Source: a virus | Length of the DNA: 64,000 bases | IMG/VR virus record: IMGVR_UViG_3300042377_000359 | Coordinates: 5,503-69,502 of that record | Reading direction: 5' to 3' (one strand) | Shown: positions 55,664 through 64,000 of the stretch, in pieces | How the letters are laid out: every line of letters starts with the position of its first letter | Position numbering within the stretch: the first letter of the stretch is position 1 | Notes under the pieces: generated by a model | The model's input: the letters and a program-made list of their open reading frames with translations, nothing else | Told to the model about the DNA's origin: nothing | Databases searched by the model: none | Position numbers and translations under genes: made by a program

Positions 55664-56161
55664 ATGAAAAAACCAGAGAAATTACCTAAAGAAGTCGTAG
55701 ACTTATTATTGCCTAGACTTAAAGATGAGTTTAACGCTGCTTACTTCTATCGTTCTGCATCAAATTGGTGTCAGAATGTTGGCTTTTTTAAAGCTGCTTC
55801 ATTCTTTGCAAAAGAGAGTGAAGATGAATTTGGTCACGCAAAGCTTATTGAGAACTATATTGTTGATTGGAATGTAACTCCGGCTTTGCCTACTATTGAG
55901 AAACCCCAATTAGAATTTAAAAGTTTAGTAGAAGTTATAGAAAAGGCTTATGATATCGAATATGCTTTATATGAAGAATATGAAGATACGTCAATAAAGA
56001 TTTTTAAGATTGGTGACTTATGTGTATTTGATTTCTTACAAGGATTCAGAAAGATTCAAAAGGATTCAGTTGCTGAATATAGCGACAAGTTGAATCTTTT
56101 AGATGGCGTTGTTGTAGGAGAGAAATTCCAGTTATTAATGTTAGAAGATAAATTGTTTTAA
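55664..56161 (+). CDS. Ferritin-like protein
   Basis: DEFNAAYFY, WC...GF...A.FF..ES.DE..HA..I.NY, KAY..E and DFLQ.F...Q...AEY ferroxidase pattern. Confidence 0.88.
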   Translation: MKKPEKLPKEVVDLLLPRLKDEFNAAYFYRSASNWCQNVGFFKAASFFAKESEDEFGHAKLIENYIVDWNVTPALPTIEKPQLEFKSLVEVIEKAYDIEYALYEEYEDTSIKIFKIGDLCVFDFLQGFRKIQKDSVAEYSDKLNLLDGVVVGEKFQLLMLEDKLF

Positions 56162-56163
56162 TC

Positions 56164-59010
56164 ATGGCTAAAAACCCTTGTATTGTAACTTTTGATGGGA
56201 AAGAATATTCATATGCAGATTTTGCTACTGAACTTCACAATGGACTATTAGATAATCTGATTGCAGATAAATCTGTAGACCCCGTGAAATTAAGTGGAAC
56301 TACTTCTATCTTGCAAGAAACCCCTGAAGGTACAAAAAGAGGCGTTATTAAATCCGCACAAGAATCCGAGGTTGTTGCTGAAAATGCTAAAGCAGAAGAT
56401 ATCGTAATGGATTTGGATAAAGCAAAGACTAGTTACTATGAGCCTCAAAAGATTGTTGAAGCTCAAGAAGCTGTTGAGTCATTGTCTGAAGCAGAAAAAT
56501 TAGCCGAAGTAAGAGTTTTAAAAGAAGGGTTAGAAAAAGATTCAAAAAAGAATGTTGCTATATTAGCAGGTATTTCTTTGTTTAACGAATATTTAAAAAC
56601 AGGTCGTACAGAAGCAGCAAAAAAAGTTGCTGAAGATATGGCATCAATTGGTACTTCTGTTGGACAAATAATCCGTCAATTTGCAGAATTAAAATCTTCT
56701 ACTCCAGAGTCATTTACATTTTTCTTTGAGGATTTCTTAAAGGGTAAAGGATTTAAATTAACAGAAATTCAAAAAGCTGACTTTGCAAAACTATTTGATG
56801 CGCAACAAAAAGCACGAGAAGAGTTTTTAGAGGCTACAAAAGAGCATGCTAAAGAATTAACTCCTGAGACAGAAGCTGCTAGATTTGCTGCTGAAAAAAA
56901 ATATGAAGATGCTAAGTTTGAAATGGGCAAAAAAATGCAAAGATTCTTGCCTAAGAAAATTTTTGAAACATTGGGTATGGGTACTCAAGGTAATATGCTT
57001 GGACCTTTATCTATATTAACTAACCCATATGCGAATATGATGTACAAGTTTGCATCTATTCCTGCAAAGGAAGTGGCTGCACTTACAGATTTTATTGCAA
57101 GTAAAGTTTTACCTAGTGAATTTGATAGAACAAGGCTTAGTAGATTAAATAAAACGCAAGCAAAAAAAATACTACCTTCAGTTTACAAAGGTATTAAAAG
57201 TGCAGTTAGAAAAGGGTTGAAAGGAAGTACTCCAAAAGACTTAGAAAAATATGACGTTCAAAGGCAATTAAATCCTATAGAAGCTTGGAAAGATATATTT
57301 AGGCAATTTGGATTAAAAGGAGATGCTGAATTAGAATTACCATCAAAAGCAGATGGGTCATTTGATGTAGAACGTTTTTTATCAAATGCATATGAAGGAA
57401 CTTTTGGTGTAGCTGGAAATATCATGCTTAGGTTATTGCCAATTGGTGATGATCCATTTTATGAACCAGTAAAAATGGCTAGCCTTATTGAGCAAGGACA
57501 AATAAAAGGATTAAAAGGTAAAGATTTAGAATCTTTCTTGATTTCACCAGATGAAATTAGTTTGAAGATTGCAGAAAAAGAAGCACAAAACGCAACCTTT
57601 CAAGATGCAACAATGCTTTCTGATGCGTTTGTAAGGGTTAATAGAGAAATAGATGCTAAGTTAAGTGATAAAAATCCTCTTTTATCTGATGCTATTAAAT
57701 ATTTTGTAGTAAAAATAAATGCTCCTTTTATTAAAACGCCTGCATCTGTTCTTGATAAATCACTTAACTATTCTGTTCCTCAATATTCTGCTGCAAAGGC
57801 ATTATTACAAGGGTCTATGGCGAAGACATCTATGACGCGATATTTAAAATTAAAAAGTGAAATAGAAAAATCTAAAACAGTTGACCCTAAACAAGTAGAA
57901 AAATTAAAAGAATTAAAAGAAGATTTTGATAAACATAGAAGAGCCTTTGTTGATAATGTTGGCGTATTTACAATTGCAATGTCATTTAGACTATTAGCAA
58001 TGTCTTTAGTTAGCAAGGGTTTAATCACTAAAAAATCTGAAGAAGATGATTCTTTAAAATATAAAAAATTAAAAGAAGTAACTGGAGGAGAAGATCAGTT
58101 AAATTACTCTGCATTAAAAAGAGGATTAGCTACAGGTGATTATTCTCCTAGAGCTGATGATGAAAAGAAAGATTTAAACAAAATGGGAATCCCTGGAGCA
58201 GCATTAATTATCAATGCTAACTCAATTAAAGATTCTGAAAAGAAATCTAAAAAACCATTATATGACACATCAGGCGATGAAATTCCAGAAGAAGAAGTTT
58301 TTTCTATGCTTAGTTCATTATCTGGATTAGAGGCTGCAAGTGCGGGGGCTAAGTTTGCTTTAGACCAAAGTTTCTATCAAGGAGCCAATGCTATTGCTAA
58401 TGCAATAGTGAAAGGAGAATATGATAATTATGGTCAACAATATTTAAGATCACTATCAAGTGCATTTAGTCCTAACACAATTGATGCTTTTAGTAGAGCT
58501 AATAGAGAGTATGCTGTTGTAACTAAAGATGAGAACTTTAAACAGCAATTCATTAATGTAATGAAGGCTAAGTATGGTGTATTTACAGGAGATGATAAAG
58601 AATTGCCTTTAAAAAGAGGTTTGTTTGGAGAGCCTATTAAACAAAACCCTACTAAAGAAAATCCTTATGCATACCAATTAGTGGATGTTACAAAAACATC
58701 GGATGTATTTTCTGATCCAATGTATAAAGATTTATTGATGTTATTTGAAGAATCTGGAGGGGAAGAAGGATTAATCCCAGAACCTCCTAAAAATATTATT
58801 GAGTTAAAAGATAAGAAAATAAAGTTAACTCCAAAAGAATACTCTGAATATCAAGAATATATAGGCGATGCAAGAAGACTAGAAGCTGAAAGATTAATAA
58901 TCTCTGCCCCAGAATATAGCGATAAATTACTAGAGAAAATAAGGAAGGCATATTCAACAGGTAAGGAGAAAGGGGAAAAGAAATTCCTTAAAGAGAACAA
59001 TATAAAATAA
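56164..59010 (+). CDS. Large internal virion / ejection protein
   Basis: 948 aa helical; PFIKTP, GLFGEPI and KLTPKEYSEYQ motifs typical of large phage internal proteins. Confidence 0.65.
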   Translation: MAKNPCIVTFDGKEYSYADFATELHNGLLDNLIADKSVDPVKLSGTTSILQETPEGTKRGVIKSAQESEVVAENAKAEDIVMDLDKAKTSYYEPQKIVEAQEAVESLSEAEKLAEVRVLKEGLEKDSKKNVAILAGISLFNEYLKTGRTEAAKKVAEDMASIGTSVGQIIRQFAELKSSTPESFTFFFEDFLKGKGFKLTEIQKADFAKLFDAQQKAREEFLEATKEHAKELTPETEAARFAAEKKYEDAKFEMGKKMQRFLPKKIFETLGMGTQGNMLGPLSILTNPYANMMYKFASIPAKEVAALTDFIASKVLPSEFDRTRLSRLNKTQAKKILPSVYKGIKSAVRKGLKGSTPKDLEKYDVQRQLNPIEAWKDIFRQFGLKGDAELELPSKADGSFDVERFLSNAYEGTFGVAGNIMLRLLPIGDDPFYEPVKMASLIEQGQIKGLKGKDLESFLISPDEISLKIAEKEAQNATFQDATMLSDAFVRVNREIDAKLSDKNPLLSDAIKYFVVKINAPFIKTPASVLDKSLNYSVPQYSAAKALLQGSMAKTSMTRYLKLKSEIEKSKTVDPKQVEKLKELKEDFDKHRRAFVDNVGVFTIAMSFRLLAMSLVSKGLITKKSEEDDSLKYKKLKEVTGGEDQLNYSALKRGLATGDYSPRADDEKKDLNKMGIPGAALIINANSIKDSEKKSKKPLYDTSGDEIPEEEVFSMLSSLSGLEAASAGAKFALDQSFYQGANAIANAIVKGEYDNYGQQYLRSLSSAFSPNTIDAFSRANREYAVVTKDENFKQQFINVMKAKYGVFTGDDKELPLKRGLFGEPIKQNPTKENPYAYQLVDVTKTSDVFSDPMYKDLLMLFEESGGEEGLIPEPPKNIIELKDKKIKLTPKEYSEYQEYIGDARRLEAERLIISAPEYSDKLLEKIRKAYSTGKEKGEKKFLKENNIK

Positions 59011-59038
59011 ACTAAATTTTCGTTATATTTGTAGTATT

Positions 59039-59842
59039 ATGATAGAAGCATTAATCGTAGCATTACCTCAAGGCACATTATGTACTGAGGCTACTTTCCA
59101 AGACAGTACGGACTATGTAACGGAAAACATTCCGGCACAGAGAAGGAAATACCAGCTTTTAACCCCTGCTAATACTGCGGGCAAAACTGCTGCAAGGTTT
59201 ACTTTTACTTCAGGCGCGACTAATATTCTTATCAGTATTCCTATTTTATCAGGAGATACTGTAGCTCAGAAGTGTACTAAAATAGCTGCAGGTATTAATG
59301 CAAATACAACTATTGCTGCTATTGTTACCGCTGTTGCAGGCGCTACATTCGTTACTGTAACTGCTGACGCAGATGATGTTAATTTCAACTTTGTTAACGA
59401 GATTGAAGGTGAAAATGATAATGTGGTAATTATTACAAACTACCCTGCTTCTACGCGTACAATTACATTTGAATATTCTGATGGAACAGTAGAAATCGTT
59501 CCTTTCCCATATCCAAGTGGTAATGAGTACACATTAGAGCCACTTGCAAAAGATTTTACAATTAAGGTTACAATGACTATCACCCCGCAAGTTGTGGTTA
59601 GTGGTAGTGTATATGTGTCAGTTATCATTCCGGTATTTGCTTGTTTTGCATACACTTGTAAAGGTGTGATTGCATCAAACTACAGAGTAGATATGCAGAA
59701 TATGATTGGTTCAAATCCAAAATTAGATACAATGTCTGCTATGGATGCTTGTATTAATGCTGCTCAATATGCTGCATCTACAGGTGACGTAGAAGGTTCA
59801 CAAGTTTTATTAGACCAAGCCAATGCACTTTGTGCATTATAA
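59039..59842 (+). CDS. Tail structural protein
   Basis: Thr/Ala/Val-rich; own promoter box. Confidence 0.6.
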   Translation: MIEALIVALPQGTLCTEATFQDSTDYVTENIPAQRRKYQLLTPANTAGKTAARFTFTSGATNILISIPILSGDTVAQKCTKIAAGINANTTIAAIVTAVAGATFVTVTADADDVNFNFVNEIEGENDNVVIITNYPASTRTITFEYSDGTVEIVPFPYPSGNEYTLEPLAKDFTIKVTMTITPQVVVSGSVYVSVIIPVFACFAYTCKGVIASNYRVDMQNMIGSNPKLDTMSAMDACINAAQYAASTGDVEGSQVLLDQANALCAL

Positions 59843-59851
59843 TATAATTAA

Positions 59852-61036
59852 ATGAGGACATTACCAGAAATAGAAGTTTGGTTTGGACAAGTTAAGGCAG
59901 CCTATGCAGATCAGATGGTTGCTCTTAATGAGCTTAAACAGAATGGCAGAGAAGTTAGCCCTGAGTTTGAACTTAGGCTAAAGGCTGCATATACTTTTAT
60001 TAAGGATATAGAGTGGCGAATTGAAAACATTCCCACCGATTTGGTGTCCATAGTCGGCCAAATGTACAAGGCCATCTCTCTCATAGGCACTCCGCTACCA
60101 GGCGTAACTTTTTTTTTTAACTCTTTAGTAGGTAACCCTTCAATTGTTGTTGGTGATGGCAATGGTCTTCCATTTGCTACTGCTACTATTTTTGGTAAGG
60201 TTAGGCTTTCGGTCCCGGCTGTAAATGCTAACGACCCAATTGTTGTTGGTGATAATGACCCAAGATTAGTTTACTCTTATGATGCGTATAATAGCATTAT
60301 CGTTGGGGCTTCTTTTGACGATGCAGGTCACTTAATCTTAGTTAAGTTAGATGGTGATACTGTTGAGACGGACCAAGTCGTTGTAAGGCTTGATTCTGAC
60401 GCAGCGCAAGTTGGGTCTATTTGGGTTACAGGAGGAATAAGAACTAATGGGCAGTTAACAATATCAAATATTACAGACGTAGGTATTAAGCCTAGAGTAG
60501 CTGTAATGGATGCAAATGGAGTGTTTTTTTATAGAACATTAGAAGAGTTTGCAACAGATATTACCCCAACAGTTATTCTAACACCCAACAGGGCTGTTGT
60601 AACAAATGCTGGAGGCCTTTTAGCTGCTTCGGTAACAACTAATACAGAGATTGGATATGTTAGCGGTGTTACTTCTAGCATACAAGACCAAATAGACGGC
60701 AAGTTATCTTTAGATGATGCAAGGATTGCAGAATGGACAGCAGCAAGTGATAACTCAATTATTAGTGCAAATGTAAATAAATCTGAAACTTATATCGTAA
60801 ATTTGAATCGCAATGATGACTCGGTATTATCATTTGATATACCGCAGTCATATAGACACATCCAAATGGCTAATAGTGGTGCATGGACAATAACACATAA
60901 CTTGGGATTTAGACCTTCAGTTACGGTTATAGACTTGGATGGGGATGTAGTGAATGGGGACATAAATTATAACACAAATAATCAATTAACAATAACATTC
61001 TCATCTGAAATAAAGGGTGAGGCTTACTTAAACTAA
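59852..61036 (+). CDS. Tail fibre / base protein
   Basis: ATATIFGKVRLS, VTNTEIGYVSGVTSSIQDQID and WTITHNLGFRPSV motifs. Confidence 0.75.
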   Translation: MRTLPEIEVWFGQVKAAYADQMVALNELKQNGREVSPEFELRLKAAYTFIKDIEWRIENIPTDLVSIVGQMYKAISLIGTPLPGVTFFFNSLVGNPSIVVGDGNGLPFATATIFGKVRLSVPAVNANDPIVVGDNDPRLVYSYDAYNSIIVGASFDDAGHLILVKLDGDTVETDQVVVRLDSDAAQVGSIWVTGGIRTNGQLTISNITDVGIKPRVAVMDANGVFFYRTLEEFATDITPTVILTPNRAVVTNAGGLLAASVTTNTEIGYVSGVTSSIQDQIDGKLSLDDARIAEWTAASDNSIISANVNKSETYIVNLNRNDDSVLSFDIPQSYRHIQMANSGAWTITHNLGFRPSVTVIDLDGDVVNGDINYNTNNQLTITFSSEIKGEAYLN

Positions 61037-61037
61037 C

Positions 61038-62015
61038 ATGGCACAGAAATTTCTCACCGACATTCAGATGGGTACAGGGACAACGGTTATAAACCTTGTC
61101 GTAGACCCACGCTCAACACCTCCTTCATCACCTACAGAAGGACAAATTTATTACAACACTACAGACGATGTCTTGTACTACTACAATGGTACGGCATTCG
61201 TTACGTTTGGTGATATCACAGCGGTACTGACCCCTAGTGGATCAGCTATGACAGGCGGTGGTACAGCAGGTGTAATTACCTTGCAGGTGGTAGTGGATAA
61301 CTCTACTATTGAAATTGGTACAAACTCAATCCAATTAAAGGATGGTGGTACTACGTTTGTAAAGTTAGCAACAGGTGCTTGGACAGATTCAATCACAGGT
61401 AACTCATCGGTAAAGTTAACAACTGAAAATGCTGTTAAGACTTATGTAGATTCTGCGGTTGCTTCATTAGGTTACTTCGTTGGTGGATTTGCGGCAGGTT
61501 CTGCTTCAACATTCCCTGTTGCACCGGGTGGTACAAACAAGGGTGACTATTGGAGAGTGACATCTGCTGGAACTGTTAATGGTGCTATATTAGAAGTTGG
61601 GGATGTTATTATTGCGAATATTGATAATCCGAATGTTAGTTCAACTACGGATTGGACAATCTTGCAAACGAATGTTAGTCAAGCGACAGAAACTGTTGCT
61701 GGTATTGCAAGACTTGCTACACAAACAGAAACAAATACAGGTACGGATGATTTAACAATCGTTACACCTTTAAAATTAAAAACATTATTAGATGCAAGAG
61801 TTGGTGGTTACGCTGTTACAATTGGTAACGGATCGGCTACATCGTTTGCAATCACTCATGGATTGAATACGTTAGATGTTGTAGTACAGATAGCAGAGGT
61901 TTCTACAGGTGACACAGTTTACGCTGATGTTGCTAGAACGTCTACATCTGTTGTTACCGTAAACTTTGCGGTTGCACCATCAAGTAACCAATACAGAGTG
62001 ATTATAAAAAAATAA
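61038..62015 (+). CDS. Tail fibre protein
   Basis: PSSPTEGQIYYNT, QATETVAGIARLATQ.ET.TGTDD..IVTPLKL and ITHGLNT motifs. Confidence 0.8.
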   Translation: MAQKFLTDIQMGTGTTVINLVVDPRSTPPSSPTEGQIYYNTTDDVLYYYNGTAFVTFGDITAVLTPSGSAMTGGGTAGVITLQVVVDNSTIEIGTNSIQLKDGGTTFVKLATGAWTDSITGNSSVKLTTENAVKTYVDSAVASLGYFVGGFAAGSASTFPVAPGGTNKGDYWRVTSAGTVNGAILEVGDVIIANIDNPNVSSTTDWTILQTNVSQATETVAGIARLATQTETNTGTDDLTIVTPLKLKTLLDARVGGYAVTIGNGSATSFAITHGLNTLDVVVQIAEVSTGDTVYADVARTSTSVVTVNFAVAPSSNQYRVIIKK

Positions 62016-62027
62016 TTTAAATAAAAT

Positions 62028-64000
62028 ATGAATTTTTTATCTGTTTTATACGCAAGGGCGGGGATAACTGTAGATGGTGTTACGACACTAAATAATACAG
62101 CTACGGGTCTAACTCCTGCTACTAATGATAATTCTACTAAACTAGCGACAACTGGTTATGTTAAGAATCAAAATTATTATCCGTATCCAACAGGTACAAC
62201 TGCTCAGTATGTTCGTGGTGATGGTAGCTTGGCTACGTTTACACAAACAGGTGGGGGCGGATCATCAGTAAGTTATTATTTGAATGGTAGTGTTTCTCAA
62301 GGAACGATAGGTGGTAACACTTATTATGAAATGAGCAAGACTGCTATTATAGGAACAAATACAGATTTTAGTATTAATGCAAATGGGTATGTTGCTCAGT
62401 TTGTAACAGATGCAGGTGACCCTGCGTTGTTAAATATACCGGGCGGTAACTGGAACTTTGAGATGTTTTTCTCTGCAAGTTCAGGTGGGGGGAGCCCAAG
62501 TTTTTATGTAGAATTATATAAATACGATGGTACTACACTTACTTTAATTGCAAGTGGTTCTGCGGTTCCTGAATCTATTACAGGCGGTACAGCTACAGAT
62601 TTATATGTTACTGCTTTAGCAGTTCCTACAACTACCTTAACACTAACTGATAGGTTAGCTATTAGGGTGTATGTTACACATAGTGGTAGAACGATTACCC
62701 TCCATACACAAAATGGTCACTTATGCCAAGTGATTACAACATTTACTACAGGCTTAACAGCGTTAAATGGGTTAACTGCTCAAGTGCAGAACTTTGCTGT
62801 TGGTGCAGGTGGCTCAGACTTTAATATTTCAAGTGTAGTTGATACACACACCTTTAATTTACCTACAGCGTCAGCTACTAAAAGGGGTGCTTTAAGCTCT
62901 ATCGATTGGTCGGCATTTGATGCTAAGGTTGACTTTGGTGATTTATCTGCTACAGCACCACTTAACTATAATGGTAGTGGTTTATTTACAATAGCACAAT
63001 CAAGTGGCTCAACAAATGGATACTTATCTTCTACGGATTGGACAACTTTCAATGCAAAGATTGGCGGTAGTGGTACGGCTAATTATGTTGCTAAATTTAC
63101 AAGTGGTAGTGTAGTTGGTAATAGTTCTATTGTAGATGATGGAGCGGGGAATGTCTATGTATATAGTAGATTATTTCAATCAAATGGAACTAACCAAATG
63201 ATATTTGGTCAATGGGATGGAGTAAATAATAGAATTGAAGGCTCAAGTGGATTACCTATGTATATGGTAACTTATGGGTCTGCATTAAAATTTGGAGTTG
63301 GTGGAGATGAAAAAGCACAAATTAACTCTTCAGGTAATTTACTTATAGGAACTACTACTGACGCAGGGTTTAAACTTGATGTTTTAGGAAGATTAAAAGC
63401 ACAAGGAGATGATTATCATATTTTATCTGCGGCAGAAAGTGGTGCACAATTAAGATTAGAAAGAACTGGAAGCGGTGCAGGATTAATGTATATAGGTGCT
63501 GATAGCAGTGGATTTAAAGTTTTTGATTCATCTTTTAACACTCGTTTTTTTGTAGGGAATACAGGTAATGTAGGTATTGGGACTGTAAATCCAACTTATA
63601 AATTTGAGGTGTCAGACGGAACAAGAACCGCAATAATTAACCCTAATGCTACATTAGATGGTATATTTTTAGGAGTAAAACAAGCTAAACCATTAATATT
63701 TGGGACAAGTGATACCGAAAGAATGCGTATTACTTCAGGTGGTAATGTATTAATAGGCACAACCACTGATAATGGATATAAATTAGAAGTTAATGGAGAA
63801 GTAAGTGTTAATGGTGATATAAGAATAAAAGGTAATAATCAAATATATTTTGATACTACAGGAGATGTTAATAGCAACTATGTTGGTGTAACAAATGACT
63901 ATTGGTTAACCCTATATTGCGGAAGGGGTAACAATGCTAGAATAGACTTAACCGCAGGTAATGGTATTTTATTTTCTGAACAAGGAACTGAAAGAATGCG
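62028..64000 (+). CDS. Long tail fibre / receptor-binding protein, N-terminal part (runs off window)
   Basis: ATG 62028, open to the end; DNSTKLATT, GYLSSTDWTTFN and repeated GN(L/V)(L/G)IGT and ERMR modules; absent from the track because it has no stop. Confidence 0.88.
   Translation, partial: MNFLSVLYARAGITVDGVTTLNNTATGLTPATNDNSTKLATTGYVKNQNYYPYPTGTTAQYVRGDGSLATFTQTGGGGSSVSYYLNGSVSQGTIGGNTYYEMSKTAIIGTNTDFSINANGYVAQFVTDAGDPALLNIPGGNWNFEMFFSASSGGGSPSFYVELYKYDGTTLTLIASGSAVPESITGGTATDLYVTALAVPTTTLTLTDRLAIRVYVTHSGRTITLHTQNGHLCQVITTFTTGLTALNGLTAQVQNFAVGAGGSDFNISSVVDTHTFNLPTASATKRGALSSIDWSAFDAKVDFGDLSATAPLNYNGSGLFTIAQSSGSTNGYLSSTDWTTFNAKIGGSGTANYVAKFTSGSVVGNSSIVDDGAGNVYVYSRLFQSNGTNQMIFGQWDGVNNRIEGSSGLPMYMVTYGSALKFGVGGDEKAQINSSGNLLIGTTTDAGFKLDVLGRLKAQGDDYHILSAAESGAQLRLERTGSGAGLMYIGADSSGFKVFDSSFNTRFFVGNTGNVGIGTVNPTYKFEVSDGTRTAIINPNATLDGIFLGVKQAKPLIFGTSDTERMRITSGGNVLIGTTTDNGYKLEVNGEVSVNGDIRIKGNNQIYFDTTGDVNSNYVGVTNDYWLTLYCGRGNNARIDLTAGNGILFSEQGTERM

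Noticed and set aside
37759-59010. Stop-codon recoding, introns or inteins as in some crAss-like phages
   Set aside because: Structural genes are intact and tightly packed under the standard code, with no intein or homing-endonuclease motifs
53384-59010. Virion RNA polymerase in the large internal proteins
   Set aside because: No DxDxD-type catalytic motif seen, and the proteins are much smaller than crAss-like virion polymerases
62028-64000. Diversity-generating retroelement acting on the tail fibre
   Set aside because: No reverse transcriptase and no template/variable repeat pair differing at adenines

Overview
The window is most of the genome of a tailed, probably podovirus-like dsDNA phage of a Bacteroidota host. 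The host call rests on many TAnnTTTG -7 promoter boxes, A-rich Shine-Dalgarno-less starts, a BT4734/PriCT-2/VirE primase-helicase and a Bacteroidota-style tmRNA. It opens in the C-terminal part of a repeat-rich tail-fibre gene and ends in the N-terminal part of one, so it looks like a circularly permuted genome slightly longer than the window. Layout: tail-fibre end, accessory and lysis genes (1-6959, +); a long minus-strand early/middle block of recombination, nucleotide and small acidic genes (6934-22238); a non-coding control region with a Xer dif-like site, paired palindromes and GGTAAC iterons (22240-23200); a plus-strand array of small cassette-like genes with duplicated palindromic spacers and a tRNA-like element (23216-27065); primase-helicase and SF2 helicase (-); then tmRNA, lysine-rich proteins, terminase, portal, capsid, tail and ejection proteins and a ferritin (31144-64000, +). 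I see no DNA polymerase, RNA polymerase, integrase, reverse transcriptase or CRISPR array. The strongest novel candidate is at 20980-21496 (-): a roughly 420-nt highly structured RNA ending in an apparent terminator/antiterminator switch, bracketed by two tRNA top-half mimics, between the first early gene and about 14 kb of downstream genes. All product calls come from motifs I recognised and from gene order; no database search or folding program was run.
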